Source of the DNA: Paraspadella gotoi
Taxonomy: Eukaryota; Animalia; Chaetognatha
NCBI GenBank assembly: GCA_051294375.1
Contig: CM119269.1
Coordinates: 22,803,808 to 22,867,807 of the forward strand
DNA length: 64,000 bases
Reading direction: 5' to 3'
How positions within the stretch are numbered: the stretch's first letter is position 1; each line of letters begins with the position of its first letter. The notes under the pieces were generated by a model. That model did no database searches and had not been told where the DNA came from. It was given only the letters and a program-made list of their open reading frames with translations. Below, in pieces: positions 38,376 to 52,271 of this stretch. Both the position numbers and the translations under genes were made by a program.

Positions 38376-39805
38376 TTGCATTAAGAATAAAAATCCCATT
38401 TGGTCCAAAATTCAAATCAATATTTAAAATTAAAAATTAAAACAAAATTCCCTGATCCTAATCAAACCTGAAGGAAGGCCGCCCGAAGGAAAAGGAATTC
38501 TTGAAGAGATGAGAGGAGTAGGAGACTAGCGAACGGTGCGAGTTAATAGAAAGTACACAGAGAAGTTATTACAGTAAAGAAAACTATCTAAGTGAAAAGA
38601 GAGAGACAGACTATCTAGGAGAGAGAGCAGAAATATATAGGAGTGAATGCCAATTCATGAGCAAGACAGATACAGATGAGCTGGAGAGAGGAGCGAAGAG
38701 GATACAAACAGAGCCAGACTAATGACTCAAGATGAAGCGAAACGGGCGACACAAATGAATGATGACGGACAAGACAATTATTGATATAATAATTATAATT
38801 TCAACATTATTATATTAATAAAGATATACAAATGCTAGTATAATGTAATTGATGTAAGTGTGTTTTAATTAAGGATAATATATAGAATGTCATTAAAGAC
38901 ATGTAAGAATTGATTAGGAGTTGCACTGTAAAAACAACACAAAGCCAGGCCCATATAAATCAGAGGCAGAGATAGAGCAGAATAGTAAATATAGATAATC
39001 ATATGGTATAATTGTTAGAAGTAGCCTTAATGTTCATCGTAATCAACAATTCAATTATATTGTAAATTAGAGACTGTGTGTATTAAATATAATTGTTTTT
39101 AAAGAATGATCTTACTATTATTCTGGTGTTAATTACAGAAATTATTTGACTTGTGAATTAAATACATGCGGAAGCAGAGATGTACCAGAAAGACGTCTAG
39201 TGAATATTTTCTCCTTGACTTTTTCTTTTGGTGTGTGGAAGTGAAGTGGTGAGCAGGGAGAAGGAGGCGGAGAAGGAGGGCGGAGAAGAAATGAGGGAGA
39301 TGATTGCGAGGAGGACGGGAGCTAGAGAGAACTGCCCACCCTACCTCTACTTTACGGTCGCACTTTCCCCCTATGCACTGCACAATATTCCTAGCAATTT
39401 AAATGCGACATTCACTTGTCCATCTTGACTGCACTCGGCTTTATTGACTGCACTAACCTCTCTTGACACTGAACCTGTGCCTCCCTTTTGACTACACCTC
39501 GGGCCTTGGAACTGCCAACCTTGCCCGCCCTTGGACTGCACCTTCCTCCGCTTATCTTAACTGCAGTATCCCCACCTTTTTACTGCACAAGTACCAAACG
39601 ACTGCAAACCTTCCCCCTTGATCTGAATCTCGATCTGACTGCACTACCTCCTTATCTACTGCATCGCCTCCTCCCTACTTTTCATTTCAGCGCCACTTCG
39701 AGATAAAGACGCTTCCGTTCGGAAAAGAATGCGTCGTCATCTTCTGCGTTAAGATTCGCGGTACGACGACGACTACGACGACGACGACCGCCTTGCTCTC
39801 AGTGA

Positions 39806-41146
39806 CGTATTTTAAATTTAGAAAGTAATTACGTCCAATTTTTTTTTTCAAATTTGGAAAACCTGTAAATTTAAGTGCCTTTATTTATTCACAAAGAATA
39901 GATTTAATCATTTATCATTAACAAAACCCTTATGTAATTGCTGTCAATGCTTTCTTAATTTAGAAAACCCAGTATGTAAATTGAATTGTCTGTGTTCCGC
40001 CTCCTGGAAACTCGCATGTAATTGCGTTCGATCATTTCCCGCATTCGGAAAAGGCAGTTCTTTGCCTTCCCGAGTTTTTGTAAAGTCAGACACGTAACCC
40101 GTATGTAATCGGAGCCAGAGACTCCGTATGAAACCCGGGCCTTAATCGAGTACGACGTATTTTCCATTCAGAAGAAAGATTGGGGGAGAAGGAGAGAGAG
40201 AGAGGGAGAGAGAGAGGGAGAAAGAGAGAGAGAGGGGGAAAAGAAAGGGGAGAGAAAGCCTTTAAATGCCTTTTTCTTTTGTCCCGCGTCGATAATCATA
40301 CACCACTCGCAGCCGCAGCCGCAGCCGCAGCCGCAGCCGCAGCCGCAGCCGCAGCCTCGGATAGATCCAGGGCCGACAGGCGTTTGCCTACGGGCCCTTA
40401 GTCAGGCATCAACATGCCTTTAGACAGGTATCAACAGGCCCACAACAAAGGCCAATGTCAATTCTGCGCCAATTTCTTCGTGGCCTATGACCATTGACCA
40501 CCATTAGAATCCAGGACATTTGTCGGTTTAAGTTGGTCCTTGTGGCTTCGTGTATGTTCGTGTCTGTTTCAGTCTGTCAGTCAGTGTAAGTCCGTGTCTG
40601 TCAGTGTCAGTACCCGTTTGTCCATATCTGTCCCCGACAGTCCGTGTCGGTCTGTGTCAGTCGGTATCCATTTCCATGTCAGTCCCCGTCCGTCCATGCC
40701 AGTCTCTCTATGCTTCCGTCCGATCCATGCCAGTCTCCGGTCCGTCCATGCCAGTCTCCGTCCCTCCTTGCCAGTCTCCGTCCGTCCATGCCAGTCTCCG
40801 TCCGTCCATGTAAATCTCCGTCCGTCCATGTCAATCTCCATCCGTCCATGCCAGTCTCCATACATCCAAGCCAGTCTCCGTCCGTCCATGTCCGTGTCCG
40901 TCCGTCCATGCCAGTCTCCGTCCGTCCATGCCAGTCTCTGTCGGTCCATGCCAGTCTCTGTCGGTCCATGCCAGTCTCCGTCCGTCATGCCAGTCTCGTC
41001 CATCCATGTCAGTCTCCGTCCGTCCGTGTCAGTGTCCATCTGTCCATGCCAGTCTCTGTCAGTCCATGCCAGTCTCCATCCGTCCATGCCAGTCTCTGTC
41101 CGTCCATGCCAGTCTCTGTCGGTCCATGCCAGTCTCCGTCCGTCCA
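39806..41146 (+). repeat. Composite repeat, copy 2: unique arm, (GCAGCC)n, 20-bp GTCCATGCCAGTCTCCGTCC array; holds the empty TTAA site at 39871-39874
   Basis: Clean copy, near-identical to 44349-45610. Confidence 0.9.
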
Positions 41147-42319
41147 NNNNNNNNNNNNNNNNNNNNNNNNNTCTCTCTCTCTCTCTCTTTCTTTCTTTCT
41201 CTCTCTCGTCTCCCCTCTCTTCTCTCTCTCTCTCTCTCTCTCTCTACTCTTCCTCTCTCTTCTCTCTCTCTCCCTCTCTCTCTCATTCCCTTTCTTCTCA
41301 CTCTCTCTTCTTCTCTCTCTCTTCTCTCCTTCCTTTTCTTTTTTCCCTTTTTTTCCCTCCATTTAAACGTTTTTTTTTGTTTTTTTTTTCTCTATTTTTA
41401 TTTTCCCTTTATTTTTCCAATTTTTTTTCCGTTTTTTTTTTTTATTTGCCCCATTTTTTTATTCTTTCAAGGTTTTATTCAATTTCTTCTTCTTCCCCAA
41501 AATTATTTTTTTTCTGGAGCCCCTAACGTTTTTTTCCGCTGACGACATCTTCTTACGGAACTAAACGAAAACAACAACAACGAAGAAATACGAGAAAAAC
41601 AACTTGAACAAAAGCCAAAAACTACTTTATATTAGCTCGTTTTTTCGTTTCAATTTTTATTTTTTATTTTTCGTCAATTTTTTGTCTTTATCATTTTAAA
41701 TTTAGAAAGTAATTACGTCCAATTTTTTTTTTTTCAAATTTGGAAAACCTGTAATTTAACGGGGACCAAGTGACAGGGGGGGTTAAAAAGCTGAAACATA
41801 ACGTTTGACCCCTTTAACTTAAGCTGGTTCTGATTCAGTATTAATTTTTTCATCTATTAATCATTTGGGAAGTAGTTAAAAATTCGATAAAATCAGCGAG
41901 CTTTAATTTTCTTTAAATGCGGTAAGAGTACGGAAGCCGCTATTAGAAAAGAAGCCAGTGACTTTTTTCTTATATTTTTATTAGCGATAGAATGTGGAAT
42001 GCGGAATATAATGTAAAAATCTCAAGTTTCGCTTTAATCGGACCTCACATTGTGGAAGAATTCTTAGGAAACCCATCAAAAATTCCACCCCTTTTTTTCA
42101 ACATCTCGCCTTTTAAGATTTCGCCGCATTCTGACTTCCTCTTCAAACTTATAATTCCGCTAGTTATTTTTTTTCTTTATAACGGATGCGAAGGGGGAAT
42201 CCATAACTTTCTGTTATGTTTATGATTTCTGCGTTTCTTGAGTTTCCTTCTTTTCGGTTGTGATTGCGTATCGAAGGACGTTTTTAATGTTTTTTCTACA
42301 ACGATTTATTTTTGTAAAA

Positions 42320-42363
42320 AACGTACATGTTTCGGCTTACATTACAAGCCTTCTTCAGCGTTA
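42320..42363 (-). ncRNA. Minimal hammerhead ribozyme (GUA cleavage triplet)
   Basis: AACG-CUGAAGA-A-GGCUU guaaugu AAGCC-GAAAC AU GUA^CGUU; perfect stems I and II. Confidence 0.88.
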
Positions 42364-42378
42364 ACAAATTATTTTGTT

Positions 42379-42421
42379 AACCGCTGAAGAAGGCTTGTAT
42401 GTAAGCCGAAACATGTACGTT
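42379..42421 (+). ncRNA. Minimal hammerhead ribozyme, mirror copy
   Basis: AACCG-CUGAAGA-A-GGCUU guaugu AAGCC-GAAAC AU GUA^CGUU; predicted cut after 42417. Confidence 0.85.
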
Positions 42422-44348
42422 TTTTTACAAATTTAAAGTCGTTTTGTAGAAAAACATTAAAAACGTCTCCGATTTCTGCGTAAAAAATATAATGAATAAA
42501 CATTAACATTAGGATATTATGAAAGTTAAATGTCTTGTTGAAGCCGGTGTTGAGAGTTTAAATAATTAAAAGATTCGCCTATTTTATTATTGAAAAAAAT
42601 GACATTAAATTGAAGTAGTTGAAGTTTCCAGGCTCATTTCAGTAAAACATCCCTGTTCTCTAACATAAAATAATGATTTACTTTGTTGCTGGTGGAAAGA
42701 AAGATAAATAGTTTAGGCTGTTGATGGGTATTAAATATTTTGTAGATTTGTAAGCATGCTTGTAATATCAGTGAGCAAATATTTAAGTGAAAAAAAATTA
42801 TATTTTCTTTATCCAAAAAACTTTAAAGTTTTACTATAGTACAATTTAGCCTTTTTTTCTTTCAGAATCACTAAAAAGAATTTAATTTTCATTTATTTTT
42901 ATGGGGCTTTCATTAGTTTAAAATTCATTATAATTTTGACTTAGTTTTGACACTCACCCTTGTAAAGAGGTTTCAGCAAAAATAATTCTAATATTGTAAC
43001 TTGTATTGTGCCTAATGATTATGGCTTCATTTTTGGTTTACTATTGCCATCCCTGTATCCTTTTGTTCCTTTCAAGAGATATGCAGGGAAAAAATTCAGT
43101 TTGTTTTCTCTCAACCTTCCTTTAATTTCTTATAAATTAAAAATTTCATGTTGTCAAACCAACCAATGGACTTTACAATGTTGGTTTACTATGAAGGGGG
43201 GGGATTTGGTCAATTAATGAAAAAGAAAATTTGCAAGCTCTTGAGACAATGAGGCTTTTATAAATCTCAAAATTCGAGTAATATTTATAATGTTAACATA
43301 CCCTAGCCCCGTTTACAATTTTTGAAAAAGCAAAATTTCCCTTCATTTCTATGTTAAAAACAAGGGTTTGAAAATTCTCCGGAGATGACTAGTGCATTTC
43401 CCTGGCTTGTTTGATATTAAATCCCTTTATCAAATGCCATTAAGACGAATTTTGGGCTAGCTTAAGATATAACGCTGATCGGAAATCGTGTGTTTAAACT
43501 GATTTTTTTACCCGAATTTCTGGCAATCTCTGTTTGCCAATTTGGCGTAGTCAGATTTTAACGGAAATCTTTATTAGAAAAATGTTTGAATTTTTTTAAG
43601 CGAGATTCTCGTCTTAGTAAGAGCGAAAATCTTTTTCAAGTTTAAAATTTTTTTTTCCAAAAAAGGGTAAGATCTAATTTTAAAAAGATTTCAGCTTTTA
43701 TCACAAAAATTTTATAAGAAAAAAAAACTAGGAATTGAATCAAAAATTTAAGCGTATCGACTGATTTTATTTAAACTTTCTTTTCAAATGATTCTGTTAA
43801 TTGGATGAAAATAAAACTCTTTGAAGTAAGTATATAAATATAAAAAGAAGAAAAAAGATTCATGTACTTTTGCTAAATTTTTAATTGTTATAATTAGGAA
43901 TCAATATAGTTTAATTATACATTTAAGGATGAATATAAATATTAATTAATAATTATTACAGTTTTGTTTCTGTAAGAATAGAATTTAGGTCTGATTTGTC
44001 TGTTTAAGTAAAATATAAAAAAGAAAAAAATATTAGTCTTGTAAAGCCTTTGTTCAATGAGGCTTAAACCTAAATTATAGCTTTGTACAGTAAAAAAATA
44101 AAAAAATTGGAATTTCGTAAAAAAATTACTTTCTAATGCAAAAATAAAATAATGGATTATATAAATATTTAGGTAGGGTCAACTAAATTTTTTTTCATAA
44201 TTATTAAATTTTTGTTTCTGCTATAATAAGAGATAGGAATTTTTTTGCCACTTTCCTTGTGCAAAGAAAAATTAATGACGATCACCATTCAAATTCCTTT
44301 GATGATAGACCCTTAAGCTTATGATATCATTTTTATCACTGGGTCCCC

Positions 44349-46520
44349 TTAAGTGCCTTTATTTATTCACAAAGAATAGATTTAATCATTATCATTAACA
44401 AAAACCCTTATGTAATTGCTGTCAATGCTTTCTTAATTTAGAAAACCCAGTATGTAAATTGAATTGTCTGTGTTCCGCTTCCTGGAAACCCGCATATAAT
44501 TGCGTTCGATCATTTCCCGCATTCGGAAAAGGCAGTTCTTTGCCTTCCCGAGTTTTTGTAAAGTCAGACACGTAACCCGTATGTAATCGGAGCCAGAGAC
44601 TCCGTATGCAAACCCGGGCCTTAATCGAGTACGACGTATTTTCCATTCAGAAGAAAGAATGGGGGAGAAGGAGAGGAGAGAGGAGAGAGAGAGGGAGAAG
44701 AGAGAGAGAGGGGGAAAAGAAAGGGGAGAGAAAGCCTTTAAATGCCTTTTTCTTTGTCCCGCGTCGATAATCATACACCACTCGCAGCCGCAGCGCCGCA
44801 GCCGCAGCCGCAGCCGCAGCCGCAGCCTCGGATAGATCCAGGGCCGACAGGCGTTTGCCTACGGGCCCTTAGTCAGGCATCAACATGCCTTTAGACAGGT
44901 ATCAACAGGCCCACAACAAAGGCCAATGTCAATTCTGCGCCAATTTTTTCTTCGTGGCCTATGACCATTGACCACCATTAGAATCCAGGACATTTGTCGC
45001 GTTTAAGTTGGTCCTTGTGGCTTCGTGTATGTTCGTGTCTGGTTTCAGTCTGTCAGTCAGTGTAAGTCCGTGTCTGTCAGTGTCAGTACCCGTTTGTCCA
45101 TATCTGTCCCCGACAGTCCGTGTCGGTCTGTGTCAGTCGGTATCCCATTTCCATGTCCAGTCCCCGTCCGTCCATGCCAGTCTCCGTCCGTCCATGCCAG
45201 TCTCCGTCCGTCCATGCCAGTCTCCGTCCCTCCTTGCCAGTCTCCGTCCGTCCATGCCAGTCTCCGTCCGTCCATGTAAATCTCCGTCCGTCCATGTCAA
45301 TCTCCATCCGTCCATGCCAGTCTCCATACATCCAAGCCAGTCTCCGTCCGTCCATTGTCCGTGTCCGTCCGTCCATGCCAGTCTCCGTCCGTCCATGCCA
45401 GTCTTCTGTCGGTCCATGCCAGTCTCTGTCGGTCCATGCCAGTCTCCGTCCGTCCATGCCAGTCTCCGTCCATCCATGTCCAGTCTCCGTCCGTCCGTGT
45501 CAGTGTCCATCTGTCCATGCCAGTCTCTGTCAGTCCATGCCAGTCTCCATCCGTCCATGCCAGTCTCTGTCCGTCCATGCCAGTCTCTGTCGGTCCATGC
45601 CAGTCTCCGTCCGTCCCATGCCAGGTCCCGTCGGGTCCATGCCAGTTCTCCGTCCGTCCATGCCAGTCTGTGTCGGTCCATATGCCAGTCTCCGTCCATC
45701 CATTGCCAGGTCTCCGTTTCCGTCCATGCCAGCGTCCTCTGCTCGGTTCCATGCCAGTCTCCGTCCGTCATTGCCAGTCTTCCGTCCGCCATGACATCTC
45801 CGACTCCATCTGCTCCATGCCAGTTTCTCACCTCCGTCCATGCCAGTCTCCTCCGGTCCATGTCCAATCTCCCGCTCCGCTCTATGCCAGTCTCCGTCCG
45901 GTCCATGCCCAGTCTCATACATCCATTCCATGCCAGTCTCCGTCCGTCCATGCCAGTCTCCGTCTGTCCATGTCAATCTACATCCGTCCATGTCCCCAGC
46001 GCGTCTTTTTTATTCTCCTCGTTTATTCCTTTGAGCTCAGATATGCAAATAGAATTGAGCGGCGGGAAACCAGAAGAGGAAGAGAGGAGTAGAGAGAAGA
46101 CGTCGTCGTTGTTGTTGTTGTTGTCGTCGTCGTTGTCGTCGTCATTCTTGGTCATAGTCGTTTTCGGTTATCTTCGTCATCGTTATCATCATCATCATCG
46201 TCATCATCATCGTCATCATCCTTGTCGTCGTCATCGCCATTTTTGTCAATTTTTGCCATCTTTGACGATCGTTTTTTGTCCATTTTTGCCATCTTTGACG
46301 ATCGTTTTTTGTCCATTTTTGCCATCTTTGACGATCGTTTTTTGTCCATTTTTGCCATCTTTGATACAGTTTTTTGTCCATTTTTGCCATCTTTGACGAT
46401 CGTTTTTTGTCCATTTTTGACGATTTAAGATTATCTGTTAAGATTATCGTAGCGAAAATAGTTGGAATTAAAAATTTTATACTATTTTATGCTATATTTC
46501 CGAAGTTCCTCCCTCTCCCT
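44349..46520 (+). repeat. Composite repeat, copy 3: 20-bp array, (GTC/ATC)n and a 31-bp tandem (TTTTGTCCATTTTTGCCATCTTTGACGATCG)
   Basis: Directly visible arrays. Confidence 0.9.
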
Positions 46521-46528
46521 CTTTTCTT

Positions 46529-46578
<50 letters not shown>

Positions 46579-49149
46579 CTTCATTCCACCCTCTCTCTCT
46601 CGAAATGTGACGGGGTTAAACCTTCCCGACGTGAACTGTCACGCGGAAACCAACGAGAGAGGACGGAAGACGTCGCGCGCATGCGCGGTTCGTCTCGCAC
46701 GCAGCCAAGTGTCATGCGCAATGCGTTTTCTTATGCCATTTCACTTTGAATGCCATCACGTGACTAATTCGCTTCAGATCTCTTTGGTGAATTTGGTTTA
46801 AGGATATCCTATCTATGAAAATTCCATAATGGAGTTTTTAGATTTCTAAAATACCTATTATTTAATATAGGTAAATAATTATATTCATTTTTGAATTTTT
46901 TTTATATTATTCTGTATTCTAAATCATATAATAATTAATAGAATAAATACATATATATTATATGTATAATTGTATAATGTATATATATCATATGATACAA
47001 GGAAATGATTTTATTAATTTGGTTTTTATTTTTCTATTTTTTAAAAATTATATCTTGTATGCTAAAACATATAATGATTAACTATTATTGGGAGGGTATC
47101 GTCTCTCCTGCAGGAATACTACCTCTCATTAAACTGCCATCTCACATTCAAATGCCATTTAACTTGCCATCTCAACATCACTGCCATCTGTCGAGCGGCG
47201 AAACCGAAAAAAAAAAATTCTGAAGTGACCTAAAATAATGGAGGAAGGAGGAAGGGAAAGAGGGAAGATTAGGAGGGAGAGAGGGAGGGAGAGAGGGAGG
47301 GGGAGGGAGGGGGAAGGAGGGAGAGGTAGGAAGAGGGGGAGGTGAGGGATAAGAGGCTGAGTGTGAGAAAGGGAGGGGGATAGGAAGGGGATGAAGAGGA
47401 AAGGTGGAGGAGGGAGGGAGAAGAGGAGGAGGAGAAAGAGGGAAGGAGAGAGGGAGGGAGAGAGGGAGGGACGAAGCAGTAGAGGGAGGGGGAGAGGTGA
47501 GGGGGTGAGAAAGGGATGGGAAGGAGGAAGGCGAGAGAGGGAAAGAGAGAGGGAGGGAGAGAGTGAGAGGAGAGAGGAGAGAGGGAGGGAGGGAAAGAGG
47601 GGATGGAGGAGCAGGAGGGAGGGAGAAGGTGGTTAGGAGGGAGGAGGAGTGTGTTGATGATGTGGGAAGGAGAGAGGGAGGAGAGGAGAAGGGAGATAGG
47701 GAAGAGGAAGAGGGCGGAGGAGTAGAGGGGAGGAGAGAGAGGGAGGGAAGAGGAGGGAGAGAGGGAAGGAGAATAAGAGGAGAGAGGGAGGAGAGAGAGA
47801 AGGATTGGGAGGGGAGAGAGGAGGGAAGATGGAAGGAGGATGGGAAGGGAGAGAGGAGGAGAAAGGAGCGGGAAGAGATAGGAAGGGAGAGAGGAATGGA
47901 GAGAGGGAGGGAGAGAGAGAAAGAGGGGGATGAAAGTGGAGAAAAGAAAAGAGAGAGCAAGGAGAGAGAGAAAACAGAGAGCTATACAAAGAAAGAGAGA
48001 GAGAGAGATGTATTAGGAAACTGAGAAATGGTCAGAGTCAACATCTTAGTTCTCCCCTCCCCTTCTCGCTCCTTCTCTCCTCTACTCCGGCGGGCGCGCG
48101 GCGGTGTACTCCCCCCCTGACTCCCCCCCCCTGTACTCCCCCCCTTACTCCCCATTTTCCAAAAAGAAAAAAAAATTTGAATTCGATTTTCTCTGACATT
48201 GAAATTCTCGTTGGCTTTAAAGATTTGCGTTGGGATTTGGATGGAGCGAACCAGCATATGCTTGCTCTTTCTCTCCTCTCTCTTCTCTTTCTCTCTCTGG
48301 TCTTCGTTCTCTCTCCTCTCCTCTCTCTTTGCTTTAGCTCTGTTTCTGGCTCTTCTTTGACGCTTGCGTGCTCTATCTTCTGTTTGTTTTTTCTTACTTT
48401 TTTTTTTTTTGTTCACTCTCATGCAATGGGTGTCTCGATCCCTGGTATTTTCTCTTCTCTCTCTCCTCCCCCAACTTCTCTCTCTCGTCTCTCTCTCCCC
48501 TCTCATCTCCAATCCGGATGTAGCGGCGACGTCACGCGCTTCTCGCATCTTTTCAAGCCGGAAGTGGAATTTTCGTTCGAGGCGAAGATCGTCGCCGTTC
48601 ACGTGACCGGACGAGCCGGGGGAGGGGGGGGGAGGAATCTCAAGGGGGATCGAGGGAGAAGAACCCAGGCGGGGTAAAGACCTAGGGGGAAGGACCCCAG
48701 GTAGAAAATTATACGGTGGGAAGACATTAAGGGGATTGTCTCTGCGAAAAGACCCAGGGGAACGACCGGTCCCATGGGGATTAGGATAAAGGTTCGGTTA
48801 GGGACGACTTAGGATTTAGGTAGGGATTAGGTTAGGGATTAGGTTAGGGATTAGGTTAGGATTAGGTCAGGGATTAGGTTAGTGATATCTCTCTCTTTTN
48901 NNNNNNNNNNNNNNNNNNNNNNNNCTGTAACCCCAGAAAGAGGAGGGTGCTACCCAGAGGTTGGTGCGCATTATAGTCCTTAAATAGAGAGTTGGCAATT
49001 CGTGGATCGAGAGACGAGCCCGAGATAGACGACGAGCATGTGAGAGAGAGAAGACGAAGACGAACGAAGACAGGCGACAGAGAAGAAAGAAAGCGCTTGA
49101 GTGAGAAGAGGTACGAGGAAACTTTCGGCGGGGGAAGGATGGAAAGAAA

Positions 49150-51240
49150 AAGAGGAAGAAAGAAAGATATAGCAGGGCAGAGGAAACTTCGGAAAATCAT
49201 AGCTAGAGAAATAGTATAAAATTTTTAAAACCAACTATTTTCGCTACGATAATCTTAACAGATAATCTTAAATCGTCAAAAATGGACAAAAAAACGATCG
49301 TCGAAGATGGACAAAACATGGACAAAAACGATTATCAAAGTGATGGCAAAATGGACACAAAAAAAAACGATCGTTCAAAGATGCAAAAATGACAAAAAAC
49401 GAATCGTCAAAGATAAAGAGCAAAAGAAAAATATAGAGGCAAAAAATACGATCCGTCAAAGATGGCAAAAATTGACAAAAATGGCGATGACGACGGCGAC
49501 AAGGATGATGACGATGATGATGACGATGATGATATGGATGATAACGATTGACGAAGATAAACGAAAAACGACTATGACCAAGAATAGGACGACGACAACG
49601 ACGACGACAACAACAACAAAACAACGACACGTCTTCTCTCTCCTCTCTCTTCCTCTTCTGGTTCCCGCCGCTCAATTCTATTTGCATATCTGAGCTCAAA
49701 GGAATAAACGAGGAGAATAAAAAAGACGCGCTGGGGCATCGAGTGGACATGGACGGAGACTGGCACTGGACGGACGGAGACTGCATGACTGCATGAGTAG
49801 ACTGGCATGGACGGACAGAGAACTGCAGTGACATGACGATTGAAATGTGGAGACTGGCCCATGGCAGAACAGACAGAGACTGGCAGAATGGACAGATGGA
49901 CACTGACATGGACCGGAGAACGGAGATGCATGATGGACGGAGACTGCATCGGACGGCAGACTGGCATGGACCGACAGCGAGCACTGGCCAATGGAAGGGA
50001 CGGAGGGACTGGCATGGACGCGCGAACGGACATGGCGGAACGACGCTGGGATGGAACTGGCATGGACTGAAAGAGACTGGCATGGACAGATGGAACTGAA
50101 CATGGACGGACGGAAGATCTACATGGATGGACGAGACTGAGCGACGGATAAGACTGCATGGACGGAACGAGGACTGGCAGGACGACAGAAGACTGCATGG
50201 ACGGACGGAGATCATGAGGAGCACGGCAATCGGACGGAATGGCTTGGAGATGGGATAACGATGAGAGACATGGACGGACGGGATTACATCGGACGGGGCT
50301 GCGACGGGATGGAGGGCGACGATGCCGAGATGATGGCGGACGACTGATCGGACGGACTGGACTGAAGGACGACGACACGAGAGACTGGTCGGGGACAGAT
50401 AACCTGGACAAACCGTAACTGACACTGACAGAACGCGACTTACACATGACTGACAGACTGAAACAGACAGACACGACATACACGAAGCCAACAGAACCAA
50501 CTTCAAAACGCGACCAAAGTCTGGATTCCTAATGGTGGTCAATGGTCATAGGGCCCCACGAAAAGAAATTGAGCGAGAATTGACATTGGCCCTTGTTGGG
50601 AGCACTGTTGATGACTGAATCTAAAGGGCATGTTGATGCCTGACTAAAGGCCGCGTAGCAAACGACTGATTGAGCCCTGATCTATTCCGAGGCTGCGAGC
50701 TGCGGCTGCGGCTGGGCTGCGGCGGACTCTGCGAGTGGTGTAATGAGATATATCGACGTCGAGACAAAAAAGAAGGCATTTAAAGAGGCATTTCTCTTCC
50801 CCTCTCCTTTCACACATCTCTCTCTACTTCATACCTCTCTCTAATCTTCCTCCCTCCTCTCCCATTCTTTATATCGAATGGAAAATACGCTACAGATACA
50901 TCGATATAAGGCCCGGGTTTCATACGCGAGTCTCTGGCTTCGCGATTACATACCGGGGTTAGCGTGTCTGACTTTACAAAAACTCGCGGAAGGCCAAAGC
51001 AACTGTCCTTTCCGAATGCGGGAAATGACTCAGAAGCGCAATTACATATGCGAGGTTTCCAGGAGCGCGGGAAACACAGACAATTCAATTTAAACATTAC
51101 TGTTTCTTACAATTAAGAAAAGCATTAGACAGAATTACATAAGGGTTTTGTTAATATAAATGATTAAAATCTATTCTTTGTGAACTAAATAAAGGCACTT
51201 TAAATTTACAGGTTTTCCAAACTTGAAAAAAAAAATGGAT
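49150..51240 (-). repeat. Composite repeat, copy 4 (noisy, inverted)
   Basis: Reverse complement of 44349-46520. Confidence 0.8.
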
Positions 51241-52236
51241 CCTTTCCTTTTTTCTCTCTATCTTCTCCTGTTCTTTGCTTTCTTATTTTGTTTTCTACTT
51301 TTGTGTTACTGCTCGGTTGTCTAAGTTACTTCTAATTTAAAATGCATTGACAGACAGACAAAACTTTGACGAAAAATTACAAGATAGAAAATTGACAAAC
51401 GAAAGACGTCGAGGCATGGGGGTAGTATACAAGTTATGGTTTGTGCGCTTTTTGTTCAACGTTAGTAATTCTCGTATTTTATCGTGTGTTTGTGTCTTTA
51501 TCGTATAGCTGTCCGGTAGGATGTCGGCTCGGTCAAGCGTGGGTCGGATGAGATGACAAAAAAACGATCGAAGTTAAATCCACGAGAGACAAGGGAATAA
51601 TGGGGGAAGAAAAGATGAAACTTGTAATTATAACAAAGACTGGAAGAGAGATGGTAAGAAGAAAATGGGGGCAAAGTAGAAGAAGAAAAAAAAGAAACCG
51701 GAATGAAGAAAGATGTGGGAGAGAAGAAAAAGGCGCAACAAATAAAGATAAAGAGAAGAAGAAAAAAATAAAGACATGACGAGACACAAAAAACAAGAAC
51801 GGATTTGAATACTTGGTCATTTGAAGAAGAGAGACAAGAAGAGAAGAATTCACTGGGAATTGGATAAGAATGGAGATATGAACATAAGACAATTAGAGGA
51901 ATGTAGGAGATTGAAGAGGAATTTATAAGGAATATGAAGGAGATGAAAGAAGGATTGAGGTAGAAGATAATATGACTGTATAGAGATGAAGAGGTTGAAG
52001 GAGGAAGATAATGAAGATACGAGAGATAGATGAGTGAGAGAGGGAGGAGTGTAAGTGAGAAGTTCGGACCTGAGTGAGCAGAGAGAGAAGAGAGAGAGAG
52101 AGAGAAAAGACGAGCGAGAGAGAGGACAGAGAGCGAGAGAGAAAGAGAGCGGACAAGCAGAAAGAGAGAGAGAGAGAGAGGAGGACGAGAGAGAGAGAGA
52201 GTATGAGAGAGAGAGAGAGAGGAAGAGATGAGAGAG

Positions 52237-52271
<35 letters not shown>

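Larger units (their letters stand above)
42235..42470. mobile_element. Palindromic double-hammerhead mini-element with an 11-bp TSD
   Basis: Inverted repeat 42277-42467 centred near 42370; GATTTCTGCGT at 42224-42234 and 42471-42481. Confidence 0.8.
41761..44348. mobile_element. Kolobok-like element, copy 2, with a ~1.7-kb nested insertion
   Basis: Same TIRs as 6530-7578. Interrupts the composite repeat at acctgtaaatTTAAgtgcc (left TSD reads TTAAC in noisy sequence). Confidence 0.8.

Noticed and set aside
47178-48024. Leu/Ser/Pro-rich or Arg/Glu-rich ORFs here and across the window
   Set aside because: Products of (GA/CT)n and polypurine tracts.
35485-50542. Long ORFs with RPCQSPSVHAS / WTDGDWHG repeats (up to 462 aa)
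   Set aside because: Translations of the 20-bp minisatellite, open in multiple frames on both strands.
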